Shown: positions 12,064 through 23,131, counted from the stretch's first letter. The stretch: DNA of 64,000 nucleotides from an uncultured delta proteobacterium (GCA_963804955.1 CAWDSQ010000008.1:1-64000); one strand, 5' to 3'. Program-made: numbers and translations. Notes: a model not told the origin generated them from the sequence alone.

Positions 12064-12981
12064 ATGAAATCGAAAAAAACTTCAATTCTTGTTGTTGATG
12101 ATGACCCTGCAGCGCTTGAGACGCTGGCGGAGCTGCTTGTCGAGGCAGGCTACAGGGTCTTAACTGCGACGGGAGGTCAAAAAGCCCTGGAGATTCTGAA
12201 ACAGCAGACAGGCGTTGACCTGATCGTGTCGGATCTCATGATGCCGCAGATTAACGGCATTGCTTTGACAAAAGAGATTCACAGCATGGAGTTAAACATA
12301 CCCATTATCGTCATAACGGGTTTTGCCACCATCGAACTTGCCGTGGAAACCATGAAGGCCGGGGCTGCGGACTTTATTACCAGGCCCTTTAATAATGAGC
12401 AGATAAAAATCACGATAAAAAAAGTTCTGGAAACCAAACGGCTGCAAAAGCTTGCGGGCGAGCGGGAGTTTTACAAGCAGCTCTCCAACAGCGATGAGAT
12501 GACCGGCCTTGCAAACTATCGCTCATGCCATGAGACCCTGGAAAAGGAAACCGAGCGAGCCAAGCGCTACAACCGCCCGCTGACCATCATGATGATCGAT
12601 ATCGATGATTTCAAGGGCTGCAATGACACCTACGGCCACCTTGCGGGCGATGCGGCAATGGTGCAGATATCCGGCCTCATCAAGGCGCAGACCCGCACGA
12701 GCGATGTCGTCGCGCGCTACGGCGGGGAAGAATTCATGGTCATCGTTCCCGAGACCACCATTGAGGAAGCCAGTTTTGTTGCCGAGCGCATCCGTCAGGC
12801 GATAGAGAAGCACCCGTTTGTATCCGAAGAGGGCACCCCTATGGCGTCTTTGACCGTCACCATAGGCCTTTCATCCCTGCCCGACCGCGCTTCCACCAAG
12901 AAAGATCTTATTCGCACGGCTGATATCGCCATGTACAAGGGCAAAACTTCCGGCAAAAACAAAGTTGTTATTTTTGAATAA
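12064..12981 (+). CDS. Response regulator-diguanylate cyclase (REC-GGDEF)
   Basis: N-terminal receiver; DIDDFK, RTSD I-site and GGEEF. Confidence 0.92.
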   Translation: MKSKKTSILVVDDDPAALETLAELLVEAGYRVLTATGGQKALEILKQQTGVDLIVSDLMMPQINGIALTKEIHSMELNIPIIVITGFATIELAVETMKAGAADFITRPFNNEQIKITIKKVLETKRLQKLAGEREFYKQLSNSDEMTGLANYRSCHETLEKETERAKRYNRPLTIMMIDIDDFKGCNDTYGHLAGDAAMVQISGLIKAQTRTSDVVARYGGEEFMVIVPETTIEEASFVAERIRQAIEKHPFVSEEGTPMASLTVTIGLSSLPDRASTKKDLIRTADIAMYKGKTSGKNKVVIFE

Positions 12982-13124
12982 ACCCCCCCGGCCCTGCGCG
13001 GACGGGCAACTGCGCAGGGGGGATTAATGCCCTGCCGGCGCTCTCATTTCCAGAACACCCGCAAAAAAAACGGACAGGTTTCTTAACCTGCCCGTTTTTG
13101 CTTTTGATAGAGTGAGCCCCGCAG

Positions 13125-13835
13125 CTACTGGATGTTTGTGCCCCGCGCATGGGTCATTTCGTCGATGATTTCTTCGACCTTGTTGTTGGCAAACATTTTT
13201 TCAATGGCTATGGACAGGGCATTGTTTATTTCCTGCTCCATGCGCGACTGGCTGAAGTAGAAATGCTTATAGGATGAAGAGCTTTCAAGCGTCGTGGTAT
13301 AGACAATGCGCTTGCGCTGCACGTCGGCAAATACGACGCGAAGTTTTACTTTTGTCACATACTCGGCGCTCAAAAAACCCGTGCTGCTGACCACGTCAAG
13401 CTCTTCAATGAAACCGCCGACCACCAGGTTGCCCCACTCCTTCTGGATGGTGCGCTCGGTGCCGTCCCAGTCCGGCGTGCCGCCGAACACGCGTATAGCC
13501 GTTTTTCTGAAAGGCCTCCTTAATGGCAAGGCCCACACACTCCGTGGGCTGGCATTGTCTGGGAAACGGCCTTAAGCTCGCTGCCGTCGGCCTGAACCCG
13601 CTTGCCGATGATAGATTTATCGCAGCACGCTGCGCTCATCATTGAATTGCGCCGCCGTAATCATGTACTGCTGCATGCTGGAGTCGGCAGTCTGCGGCAC
13701 TGCCTGCGGCACATACTGCATATTAAGACGATAATATCCCGACATGGCGCAGGATACCAGGGCCGGCGCCAGCGCAAGCACGCAGCACAGCATGATCAGA
13801 TTTTTACAGGTGAGTCGGCCAGCATGTTTTTTCAT
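13125..13835 (-). CDS. Putative lipoprotein (YajG-like); split by indels
   Basis: Lipobox LVSC in ORF 13617..13868; QFNDER segment; C-terminal part in ORF 13125..13538. Confidence 0.55.
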
Positions 13836-13964
13836 CTTTTTCTCCTTTGTGGAAAGTTGTTCATTCATAATATATAAATAATAGGGGTTGTGTCAAGCAC
13901 GACGGTCTGTTCTGACGCGCAGCATGTGCTTTTTAACAATGCAGGCAACAATGAGTTTCAGCTT

Positions 13965-15119
13965 ATGGATTTTTTCAGCCATCTTGAGAAGGCAGTCTTT
14001 ATAGACCGGCCCAACCGTTTTCTGGTCAGATGCCGTGTGGGGAAGCGCACGGTTCTTGCCCATATGCCCAATCCGGGGCGCATGTGGGAGCTGCTGCTGC
14101 CGGGGGCTGTGTTATATATAACGCCGCATGAGGCCTCGCCGGACCGGCGCACGGCCTTCAGTGTCGTGGCTGTAGAACGGGAGGGCAGGCCGGTGCTGCT
14201 GCATACGCAGCGCACCAATGATGTGGCGCGGCATCTTATCGACAGCGGCCAGGTGCCGGCACTGCGCGGCTGGCATGTTGTGCGGCAGGAATACACTCTG
14301 GGGCGCAGCAGGTTCGATTTTCTGCTGGACGGGCCGCAGGGGCCCCTGGTGCTTGAAGTGAAATCCTGCACCCTGTTCAGCCACGGCCTGGCCATGTTTC
14401 CCGATGCAATCACCGAACGGGGCAGGCGGCATCTGGAGCATCTGGCAGAGCTCGCCGATCAAGGAACAGCCACAGGAGTGCTTTTTGTGGTGCACTATCC
14501 GCAGGTGACGCATTTTATGCCCGACTATCATACCGATCCGGCCTTCGCCCGGACATTTCTCAACGTGCGCGACCGCGTGAAGCTTATGGCCGTGGCCGCA
14601 GGCTGGGACCACAACCTCAGGCTTCAGCCCGGGCCGGTGCGGCCTCTGGCCATACCCTGGCTGCTTACGGAGCAGCAGGCAATCGACAGCGGCGTGTATA
14701 TCATCGTGCTCAGGCTCACCGGCAGCAGCACGCTCAGCGTGGGCGCTCTTGGCGCTGTCACCTTTAAAAAAGGGTATTATCTCTATGTCGGGTCGGCGCA
14801 GAAAAATTTGCATGCCCGCATGCAGCGCCACCGCAGGCTTGAAAAAAAACTCTTCTGGCATATCGACTATCTGCGGCAGAAGGCAGAGTTCTGCGCCGCC
14901 CTACCCGTGCGGGGCACGCTGGTGGGCGAATGCGATCTTGCGCGGGCAGTGGCTGCCGTGGCGCGCTGGCATATACCGGGCTTCGGAAGTTCGGACTGCG
15001 CCTGCCCGTCGCACCTGTTCGGCATGCCCGGTAACCCCCTTGAAGAGCCGGCATTTATCGATATGCTGCTTGCCCTGCGCATGGGCCGCCTTGCACCGCT
15101 GCTGCACAGCCCGGATTGA
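13965..15119 (+). CDS. sfsA: SfsA DNA/RNA nuclease fused to a C-terminal GIY-YIG/DUF123 domain
   Basis: RPNRF, HMPNPGRM, SRFDF, LEVKSCTL and FPDAITERGRRHL (SfsA); then GVY...YVGSA, WHIDYL and GFGSSDCACPSHL (DUF123). Confidence 0.88.
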   Translation: MDFFSHLEKAVFIDRPNRFLVRCRVGKRTVLAHMPNPGRMWELLLPGAVLYITPHEASPDRRTAFSVVAVEREGRPVLLHTQRTNDVARHLIDSGQVPALRGWHVVRQEYTLGRSRFDFLLDGPQGPLVLEVKSCTLFSHGLAMFPDAITERGRRHLEHLAELADQGTATGVLFVVHYPQVTHFMPDYHTDPAFARTFLNVRDRVKLMAVAAGWDHNLRLQPGPVRPLAIPWLLTEQQAIDSGVYIIVLRLTGSSTLSVGALGAVTFKKGYYLYVGSAQKNLHARMQRHRRLEKKLFWHIDYLRQKAEFCAALPVRGTLVGECDLARAVAAVARWHIPGFGSSDCACPSHLFGMPGNPLEEPAFIDMLLALRMGRLAPLLHSPD

Positions 15120-15285
15120 AGGGTCGGCTGAACTATAAAGCCCAGCCGGGAAATGCCCGGGCGGCGCGGTTCAGTATGATCGGCTCGGGAAAAAGTATCT
15201 TGCGCGAAAGGGCTTTTTGCAGTAGTTTGCTTGCGCACCGGGCGCAACAATTTCGTACGATAAATTTTTGGGAGGTTTTTTCGGC

Positions 15286-16971
15286 ATGGCTACAGAAGGC
15301 AATAAAATCATCTATTCCATGATCGGCGTGAGCAAATTTTATCACCAGAAGCCGATCCTTAAAAATATCTATCTTTCCTATTTCTACGGAGCAAAGATCG
15401 GCGTGCTCGGCCTGAACGGATCGGGCAAAAGCACGCTGCTGAAAATTCTTGCCGGTGTCGATAAAGAGTATAACGGTGAAATCACCCTGTCCGCAGGCTA
15501 CACTATCGGCTATCTCGAGCAGGAGCCTCTTGTCGACAATGAAAAAACCGTGCGCGAGGTGGTGGAGGAAGGCGTGCAGGAGGCTGTCGATTGCGTCAAA
15601 GAATACAACGAAATCAGCGAAAAATTCGCAGAGCCCATGAGCGATGATGAGATGAACAGGCTCATCGAGCGCCAGGGCGTGGTGCAGGAAAAGATCGACG
15701 CGCTTAATGCCTGGGACCTTGATTCGCGCCTGGAAATGGCCATGGATGCGCTGCGGTGCCCTGCGGGCGATATGCCCGTAAAAATCCTTTCAGGCGGCGA
15801 GCGGCGGCGCGTGGCCCTGTGCAGGCTGCTGCTGCAGAAGCCCGATATTCTGCTGCTGGACGAGCCCACCAACCATCTCGATGCCGAAACCGTGGCCTGG
15901 CTCGAGCATCACCTGCAGCGCTACGAGGGCACCATTATCGCCGTTACCCATGACCGCTATTTTCTGGACAATGTGGCCGAATGGATACTGGAGCTTGACC
16001 GGGGCCAGGGCATTCCCTGGAAAGGCAATTATTCCTCATGGCTCGATCAGAAGCAGAAGCGGCTTGCGCAGGAGGAAAAAAGCGAGAGCAGCCGGCAGAA
16101 GACCCTTGAGCGCGAGCTTGAATGGATACGCATGAGCCCCAAGGGCAGGCATGCCAAGTCCAAGGCGCGCATTCAATCGTATGAAAATCTGCTCAGCCAG
16201 GATGCTGAAAAGCAGGGCCGCGACCTTGAAATCTATATCCCGCCCGGGCCGCGCCTTGGCGATGTGGTCATCGATTGCAAGGATGTGAGCAAAGGCTACG
16301 GCGACCGTCTGCTGGTTGAAAATGTGTCGTTCCTGCTGCCGCCGGGCGCCACCGTCGGCATCATCGGGCCCAACGGCGCGGGCAAGACAACGCTGTTTCG
16401 CATGATAACTGGCCAGGAGCAGCCCGACTCGGGAACTATCCGGCTGGGCGATACGGTGAAGCTTGCCTATGTCGACCAGAGCCGCGACGTGCTCGATCCG
16501 GATAAAACGATCTGGGAGATGATATCAGAGGGCTATGACATGATAAAGCTCGGCACGCGCGAGGTCAATTCGCGGGCCTATGTCGCCAAGTTTAATTTTT
16601 CCGGCACGGACCAGCAGAAAAAGGTGGGCCTGCTGTCGGGCGGCGAGCGCAACCGCGTGCACATGGCGCGCATGATGAAAGAAGAAGCCAATGTGCTGCT
16701 GCTGGATGAGCCCACCAATGATCTTGATGTGAACACCATGCGCGCGCTTGAGGAGGCGCTTGAAAATTTCGCCGGCTGCGTGCTGGTCATCAGCCATGAC
16801 CGCTGGTTTCTCGACCGCATTGCCACGCATATCCTGGCTTTTGAAGGCGAAAGCCAGGTCTATTTCTACGACGGCAATTACACCGAATACGAGGAGCATA
16901 AAAAGCAGCGCCTGGGCGCTGCAGCTTCAGATCCGCACCGCATCAAGTACCGGCAGCTGACGCGGGCATAA
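15286..16971 (+). CDS. ettA: Energy-dependent translational throttle protein EttA (ABC-F)
   Basis: Two ABC domains; GAKIGVLGLNGSGKS, LSGGERRRVAL, ELEWIRMSPKGR and RIKYRQL. Confidence 0.95.
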   Translation: MATEGNKIIYSMIGVSKFYHQKPILKNIYLSYFYGAKIGVLGLNGSGKSTLLKILAGVDKEYNGEITLSAGYTIGYLEQEPLVDNEKTVREVVEEGVQEAVDCVKEYNEISEKFAEPMSDDEMNRLIERQGVVQEKIDALNAWDLDSRLEMAMDALRCPAGDMPVKILSGGERRRVALCRLLLQKPDILLLDEPTNHLDAETVAWLEHHLQRYEGTIIAVTHDRYFLDNVAEWILELDRGQGIPWKGNYSSWLDQKQKRLAQEEKSESSRQKTLERELEWIRMSPKGRHAKSKARIQSYENLLSQDAEKQGRDLEIYIPPGPRLGDVVIDCKDVSKGYGDRLLVENVSFLLPPGATVGIIGPNGAGKTTLFRMITGQEQPDSGTIRLGDTVKLAYVDQSRDVLDPDKTIWEMISEGYDMIKLGTREVNSRAYVAKFNFSGTDQQKKVGLLSGGERNRVHMARMMKEEANVLLLDEPTNDLDVNTMRALEEALENFAGCVLVISHDRWFLDRIATHILAFEGESQVYFYDGNYTEYEEHKKQRLGAAASDPHRIKYRQLTRA

Positions 16972-17189
16972 ACCTGAGGGATCCAGCCGAAGGGTTCTCA
17001 GAGCGATCTATGTTGCGACGTCAAGAGACTTTCGGACAGCTCACCACGAACGGGATTGCTTGAGTTGTCGAATAAAGAGCGAATACGCGCTAACTCTGTC
17101 TTGCTCTGCTTAGATATCTGACGGCTAAAAATAAATTGAAAAATGCTCTAACGCCGTTGAAAATTAGGGTCCGGAAAAATCCATGCCTC

Positions 17190-18263
17190 TTAGAACTGGA
17201 TGCCGGCATCGCCGGCATGACGATAAAGAGATTTTTTTGGATTTTTTGTGCTTTGTTGGTTGGGGCTCCGGGAATCAGAATAATGCGCTACAGGCAGCGT
17301 ATTGATTCCCAGGGTGTACATTTCCTCGATTACCTTCCATGACGAAGATCCTTTTTGCACCTGCCGCTCGGAAACATCCCGGTACTCCTGATTCATGGCG
17401 GACACAATGACCGGGAGCGGGCGGGCCTGGAAGATTTCAGCAAGCATGCGCATAAAAATATTCATGCCCGTATCCAGGCAGGCTGCGCGCCTGGTGAAAA
17501 TGGCGGTGGTCGGGTAGATGGAGCGAAAAGCCCGTATCTCGTCGCGGAAATGTTTCTGGCTCGTACAGGTGGAAAGAACCATCAGCTGATAGCTGTGCAG
17601 CGGCCGTGCTGTATCGAGATCGGAGCCGTCGGGCTCAAAAACGGTGTAGTTTTTGTTTTTGCCTTTATTGTAAAACTGCCGCTTGACCCTGCCCTGATAG
17701 CCGCAAATTTCATCATCGGGCATGATGATTTCATAGCCCGGCGTTGTCTGCATCAGAAACGGGTATGCCTTGCCGTCGAGCAGGAAAACGGGGCCGGCGC
17801 CGAAGCGCGAATGGGATGTGACGAAAAGGATTTCGCACTCCGCAAGCCCCTGCTTGAATTCTTCCCGCGTCAGGATGAGCCGCGCCTCCACAAGGACCTG
17901 CCTGCCGCTGATACGCAGCATCTGTTTGACCGTTCGCTGTTCAGGCTCTGCGGGCAAGCGTACTGAGCCGAGGTCTTCCGTGCCGATGCCAAGGCCGATG
18001 GAAAGCCTGCCGTCGGCAAGCAAAGCCTCAACATAGTCAGGCTCAGGCCCGGAGGCTCCCTGCCGGCGGGAACTTCCCGCGCGGGCCATGCTCGCGGCCT
18101 GGGCAAGTATCTCATCCATGCGCAGTATGTGAGGAAAATGCGCCCCGGGATTACGTGAGGGCGACATGTCCGGGGCGGCGACGGCAGCTCCCCCGCCGCA
18201 CACCAGCAGCGCAAGCGCTGCGCAGCAGGGCATGATAAAACTTGCTTTGAATGAAAAAATCAT
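17190..18263 (-). CDS. Exported hypothetical protein
   Basis: 357-aa ORF with a signal-like N-terminus; no motif recognised. Confidence 0.6.
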   Translation of the reverse strand: MIFSFKASFIMPCCAALALLVCGGGAAVAAPDMSPSRNPGAHFPHILRMDEILAQAASMARAGSSRRQGASGPEPDYVEALLADGRLSIGLGIGTEDLGSVRLPAEPEQRTVKQMLRISGRQVLVEARLILTREEFKQGLAECEILFVTSHSRFGAGPVFLLDGKAYPFLMQTTPGYEIIMPDDEICGYQGRVKRQFYNKGKNKNYTVFEPDGSDLDTARPLHSYQLMVLSTCTSQKHFRDEIRAFRSIYPTTAIFTRRAACLDTGMNIFMRMLAEIFQARPLPVIVSAMNQEYRDVSERQVQKGSSSWKVIEEMYTLGINTLPVAHYSDSRSPNQQSTKNPKKSLYRHAGDAGIQF

Positions 18264-18315
18264 TTATCTATCATGCAGGTGTTTATTAAAGTAACTTTTT
18301 AAGGAGAAAAAGTTC

Positions 18316-19170
18316 ATGAAAAAACAAATCCGGTTTCTGTGTGCAATGCTCTGCGCTCTGTGCGCCATGATCTCCAGCGCTTCGCTGGCAGAGGCAAAAA
18401 TTCAGTTTGAACCGCCTAAGGACATTCAGCTTGAGGATACACCTAAGGATATCATATTTTCCCGCGACGGCTCAACGGCATTTATTCTCGGCCAGAAAAG
18501 TATTCTGATCTACTCGGTGACCGAGGCAAAAGTAACCGACAGCATTCCACTGACGAAAGCCTATTCACAGATTGCCCTGTCGCCCGATGAATCGACCTTT
18601 TATCTCACCTCTCAGGATTCGCCGCAGATAGCAGCAATTCAGTTTGCCTTCATTAATAATATAGCAGTCGGCAAATCACCTGTTATCGGCAATGCCAAGG
18701 CTCCGGTAACAGTAGCGGCATTCCTTGATTATCAGTGCCCCTACTGCGCCAAGATCTATCCCCTGCTGCAGGAGGTGCTGAAAAAGTATCCCAATGATGT
18801 GAAGCTTGTGATCAAGCACTTCCCGCTTGCCATGCATAAATTCGCTGACAAGGCAGCGCGAGCTGCACTTGCAGCTGCCCTGCAGAACAAGTATGAAAAG
18901 GTTACCGAACTTTTTTTCACCAACTTTACCACGCTTAATGACGAGACCATTCGCAAGTATGTGCAGGAGGCTGGCGTGGATATGCAGAAGTTCGATAAAG
19001 ATATAGAAAGCGCCGAGGTGAAGGACCTCCTGCAGCAGGATATCCAGTCTGGCAAAGAGGCCCGGGTCCGGGCGGTGCCGACCATACTCATAAACGGCAT
19101 TGCCCCAAAAGGCCGGTCAATAGAGGTGTTCTCGCAAATAGTTGATGAAGAGCTTAAGAAGAAAAAGTAA
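18316..19170 (+). CDS. DsbA/thioredoxin-like oxidoreductase with N-terminal beta-propeller-like segment
   Basis: Signal peptide, DYQCPYC, KHFPL and VPT cis-Pro loop. Confidence 0.88.
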   Translation: MKKQIRFLCAMLCALCAMISSASLAEAKIQFEPPKDIQLEDTPKDIIFSRDGSTAFILGQKSILIYSVTEAKVTDSIPLTKAYSQIALSPDESTFYLTSQDSPQIAAIQFAFINNIAVGKSPVIGNAKAPVTVAAFLDYQCPYCAKIYPLLQEVLKKYPNDVKLVIKHFPLAMHKFADKAARAALAAALQNKYEKVTELFFTNFTTLNDETIRKYVQEAGVDMQKFDKDIESAEVKDLLQQDIQSGKEARVRAVPTILINGIAPKGRSIEVFSQIVDEELKKKK

Positions 19171-19458
19171 CCTTCTCAAATACCTTGAAAAACCCCCTTT
19201 TTGCCCAAAAAAGGGGGTTTTCTTTTCCTTTTTTTCACCATGAAGAGGGGGCTTTTGAATTTTTTTTCGTATAATGCAAATTTTTTATTTGCTTTCCCCT
19301 CATTTTGTTGTAAAGTTACGCAAAAAGTAGCCGAATAGAAGAATAAAAGGAAGATCTTTGACAGAGTTATAAATAAGCAACATTCTCCCTTTTTTTTACA
19401 CCTCCGGCAATCCGGAGGAAAACCACCAAACCCAATATTAATAGGAAAGGGGAAAACG

Positions 19459-19542
19459 ATGCCAACAGCAAAAAAAGCTCCTGCAAAGAAAGCAGCTCCT
19501 GCAAAAAAGGCTGCCCCGAAGAAAGCAGCAAAGAAAAAATAA
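19459..19542 (+). CDS. 27-aa Lys/Ala/Pro-rich histone H1-like peptide (below ORF-track cutoff)
   Basis: MPTAKKAPAKKAAPAKKAAPKKAAKKK*; purine-rich RBS; terminator hairpin at 19559-19597. Confidence 0.7.
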   Translation: MPTAKKAPAKKAAPAKKAAPKKAAKKK

Positions 19543-19702
19543 CTGAATCTGGTTTTTCAAAAAAGGCAGGGTCGCTTGATCGATCCTGCCTTTTTTGAGT
19601 ACGCCGGAAAACAACAGAAGGCCTTAGAGTATCAGGCATTCTTCTTTACATACCTGACAAAAGTCAGACAAATAAACGCAACCAAACGGATAGGAGAATA
19701 TT

Positions 19703-19898
19703 ATGGCGACAGCGAAGAAAGCAGCCCCGAAGAAAGCAGCACCTGCAAAGAAGGCAGCCCCGAAGAAGGCAGCCCCTGCGAAGAAGGCCCCTGCGAAGAA
19801 GGCAGCCCCTGCGAAGAAGGCACCCTGCGAAGAAGGCAGCCCCTGCGAAGAAGGCCCCTGCGAAGAAGGCCGGCTGCTGCGCAGCAAAAAAGAAGTAA
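19703..19898 (+). CDS. Histone H1-like PAKK-repeat protein; one indel near 19822; ends AGCCAAKKK
   Basis: GGAG RBS, tandem KKAAPA codon repeats, terminator 19915-19950. Confidence 0.78.
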
Positions 19899-19986
19899 AC
19901 GCCTCACGTTCATAAAAAAAGGCAGTGCCCGTATCGGCACTGCCTTTTTTATTTATTGTTTCCCGGTTGATCTGTATTTCTTTGCT

Positions 19987-20280
19987 CTAAATGATGGCGT
20001 CTTTGCAGGCTTTGGCCACTCTGAACTTTACAACGGTCTTGGCCTTGATTTTGATCTCTTCGCCCGTAGCGGGATTACGACCGATGCGGGCCTTGCGCTT
20101 GGCAACAACCAGTTTGCCAAAACCGGGCAAGGTGAATTCCCCCTTTTTCTTTGTTTCTTTGCAGGCTACTTCCGCCAGCGTGTCAAAAAAAACGCCCACA
20201 TCTTTTTTGGTCGCCCCGAGCTTTTCTGCAAGTTCACCAACCAGCTGGGCCTTGGTAATGGGTTTTGCCTTGTCTGCCAT
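19987..20280 (-). CDS. HU family DNA-binding protein
   Basis: FTLPGFGKL, RKARIGRNPATGEEIKI and VKFR. Confidence 0.95.
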   Translation of the reverse strand: MADKAKPITKAQLVGELAEKLGATKKDVGVFFDTLAEVACKETKKKGEFTLPGFGKLVVAKRKARIGRNPATGEEIKIKAKTVVKFRVAKACKDAII

Positions 20281-20413
20281 AGCAATGCTCCTTTATGAGA
20301 TTAGTATTATGATACGTGTGCCGAATGCGTAAAGTCTTGAGTCCGGTTTATATCCAAAAAAAAATTTTTTCAAGAAAATAATGCTGCGGAAAATTTTTGC
20401 AGCCCCCCTGCTT

Positions 20414-23131
20414 TCAGAGCATCTCCTGACTGTTGCCCGGGACAGGTGCTTGATTTCTATGGCCTGCAGGTGTCAGGACCGGCAGATGAATAATGACCGA
20501 GGTGCCGCAGGGTTCATGCCGAACAACATTCATGGAGCCTCCGTGGCTGCTGATGATCTGCACGGCGAGCGTGAGCCCGAGCCCCGAGCCCGTGGCTTTG
20601 CTGGTATAGAAAGGCTCGAATATTTTGTCCATATCCTCCTCGGCTATGCCCTGTCCCGTATCGGAGGTTTCAATCCGCACCCACTGTCCCTGCAGCGTGC
20701 TGGTTGCGGTAATAATGCCGCCGTCGGGCATGGCCTCAAGGGAGTTTTTTATCAGATTGATCAGAACCCGTTCGATCTGGTCCCGGTCAAGCATTATGGG
20801 CGGAATATCGGGGGCGAGCTGCTTGACGACCTGCACCTGCTGCCGCTCCAGCTCAGGGCTCATCAGAGCATAGGTTTCATTGATGATCCGGTTAATGTCA
20901 TCGGCTCTGAACTGCGGCGCAGACGGTTTGCTGAAGCTTAAAATATCCCCCAGTATTTTTTCCAGGCGGTCAACCTCCTGGACAATGATCTGCAGATAAT
21001 TGCCGCTGATGCCCTCGCCCATGCCTTTTTTCAGCATGCGCCGCGCGAAACCGCCGATGGCGGTCATGGGGTTGCGGATATCATGGGCTATTTTTGCAGC
21101 CATTTCGCCAACTACCGACAGCCGTTCATAGCGTATCAGCTTGTCGCGGTTGGCGCTCAATTCTTCATTGGCAAGGCTGAGCTCAGTGACTTTTTCTTTC
21201 AGGCGTTCATACAGGCGCGAGTTTTCAATGGCCAGGCTGGCGTGATTGGCAAAAGCTCCCAGCCGGACCACATCATCCTGCCCGATAGGGTTGCCCGTGA
21301 CGAAATTATCGGCGATGAGCACCCCCAGCGTGCGGCCACGGGAGATGAGCGGCACGAGTACGAACGGCACGCCCCCCAGGCAACCGATCACGCTGCGGTC
21401 AAAAACGGACAGATCCCCGGTGTTGAGCATATTGAAGGACTGCTGCCGGAACACGGCGCGGGTGAAGATGCTGCCCTGGTCGGTGAGCGGAATTTTTATC
21501 TGCTGCACAAGGCTCGTGATGGCGGCATCATGGCCTGAAATATCGCGCTTGTGGGACTGAAAAAGTTCGGGAAGCGTCTGCGGCTCCTCGGCCATGCGCG
21601 CCCAGGTCTGGTAGGCCTCGTCACGGGTAAGAGCGCCGGTGGCCACGATGCCGTGCAGAAAATTTTTATTCTCCTTCATGAGAAACAAAAACGCGCGATT
21701 AAATCCGAGCGCCTCCTTGGCCGTTGCGGCAACAAGTATCATATGCAGTGTTTCGTGCAGGTCGCGGGTGCTCAGCAGCAACTCGCTGATTTCATTTTTC
21801 AGATTGATCTCGGCCTGACTGCACTGCAGGGTCGATTCGACCAGCATTTTTTCACGCTCCATGAGCTTGCGCTGGGTGATGTCGCGAAAAATGCCCAGTA
21901 TGCCGATGCGCCTGCCGCTTTCATCGCAGACGGGGGTTTTGATGGTATGAATCGTGATCTCGCTGCCGTCGCGCATGCTTGTTTCTTCCATGTCGAGCAT
22001 ATTGCCCGTTTCGATAACGCGGCGGTCGTCCTGCCGGTACTTGTCGGCGAGTTCTTCGGGATAGAAATCATAGTCGGTCTTGCCTGCAATGGCATCGGGA
22101 GCTATGCCCAGGTCGGCGGCATACTTGCTGTTGCAGGAGATGTAAACAGCATCGGCATCCTTGTAAAATATTTTCTGCGGCAGGCTTTCAAAAAGCGTTT
22201 TATATTTGAGCTCGCTTTGCCGGAGCGCCTCCGCGGTTTCCCACCGAACGACAAAATGCCCGACCATATCGGCAATGATGCCGATAAGATTTTTTTCCTC
22301 TTTCGGGAAAAGCTCCTCTTCGTTTTTAAGAAATATTTTCTGCCTGTAGCAGATCGCAATGAACCCCCGGCGCAAGCCGCCTGCGGTAATGGGGCTGGCA
22401 AAACGCCAGGCGGTATCCTGGTAGCCGGCGGAGATAAATTCCCGGGCTCCCAGCGTCATTTTGGCGCAGGCCATATCGGCATGGGTGAAGCCGCCGGGGA
22501 GCATTTCGACCACAGCCTGCATGACGTGCTGGAGGTCGGCATCGGTCTGGCTCAGAAACCGTGAAATATCATACAGGCAGTTGAGCTCCTTGACGCGCTC
22601 GCCAAGCTCCCTTGTGCGCTGCTCAAGGGCTTTTTCCGCCTCGCGCTTGACCGTGATATCGTTGCCGACGCAGAGTATCTCCCGCAGCTCGCCTTCGGGG
22701 GTATACACGGCTTTATTGGTCCAGGACACCCAGACACGGCGGCCGTCGCGGCAGATGTTTTCATTTTCATTTCTCACATACTGTTCGGGGTGCCGGCCGA
22801 TGTCGCTGATCATGGCCGCAAGATCGCGGCCCGCAGTGTCGGTTTGAGGAACGATGGCGCCGACAACATTTTTCCCCAGCAGTTCATCTGCCTGGAAGCC
22901 GAAAAAATCAAGGCCGAAATCGTTCATGAACAGGACGATTCCGTTCATGTCCATGCACAGGATAATGCTGTTGACGCTTTGCACGATAGCGCGGTAATCG
23001 GGGTCAGTCTTCTGCGGGAGCGGCGCCAGCGGCAGCTGATTGTCGTGCGCACCAAGCCCGGCTGCGCTGCTGCGGAGGGACGCAATGTGTTCCGTCAGGC
23101 GGTCTTCCGGATTTGTATGATCCTGCGTCAT
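20414..23131 (-). CDS. Multi-PAS/GAF sensor histidine kinase
   Basis: PAS domains, GAF, AHDIRNPMT H-box, DTGQGI and GSGLGL. Confidence 0.9.
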   Translation of the reverse strand: MTQDHTNPEDRLTEHIASLRSSAAGLGAHDNQLPLAPLPQKTDPDYRAIVQSVNSIILCMDMNGIVLFMNDFGLDFFGFQADELLGKNVVGAIVPQTDTAGRDLAAMISDIGRHPEQYVRNENENICRDGRRVWVSWTNKAVYTPEGELREILCVGNDITVKREAEKALEQRTRELGERVKELNCLYDISRFLSQTDADLQHVMQAVVEMLPGGFTHADMACAKMTLGAREFISAGYQDTAWRFASPITAGGLRRGFIAICYRQKIFLKNEEELFPKEEKNLIGIIADMVGHFVVRWETAEALRQSELKYKTLFESLPQKIFYKDADAVYISCNSKYAADLGIAPDAIAGKTDYDFYPEELADKYRQDDRRVIETGNMLDMEETSMRDGSEITIHTIKTPVCDESGRRIGILGIFRDITQRKLMEREKMLVESTLQCSQAEINLKNEISELLLSTRDLHETLHMILVAATAKEALGFNRAFLFLMKENKNFLHGIVATGALTRDEAYQTWARMAEEPQTLPELFQSHKRDISGHDAAITSLVQQIKIPLTDQGSIFTRAVFRQQSFNMLNTGDLSVFDRSVIGCLGGVPFVLVPLISRGRTLGVLIADNFVTGNPIGQDDVVRLGAFANHASLAIENSRLYERLKEKVTELSLANEELSANRDKLIRYERLSVVGEMAAKIAHDIRNPMTAIGGFARRMLKKGMGEGISGNYLQIIVQEVDRLEKILGDILSFSKPSAPQFRADDINRIINETYALMSPELERQQVQVVKQLAPDIPPIMLDRDQIERVLINLIKNSLEAMPDGGIITATSTLQGQWVRIETSDTGQGIAEEDMDKIFEPFYTSKATGSGLGLTLAVQIISSHGGSMNVVRHEPCGTSVIIHLPVLTPAGHRNQAPVPGNSQEML

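Noticed and set aside
19690..19900. Short tandem DNA repeats as CRISPR/VNTR
   Set aside because: Explained by the KKAAPA codon repeats of an H1-like protein.
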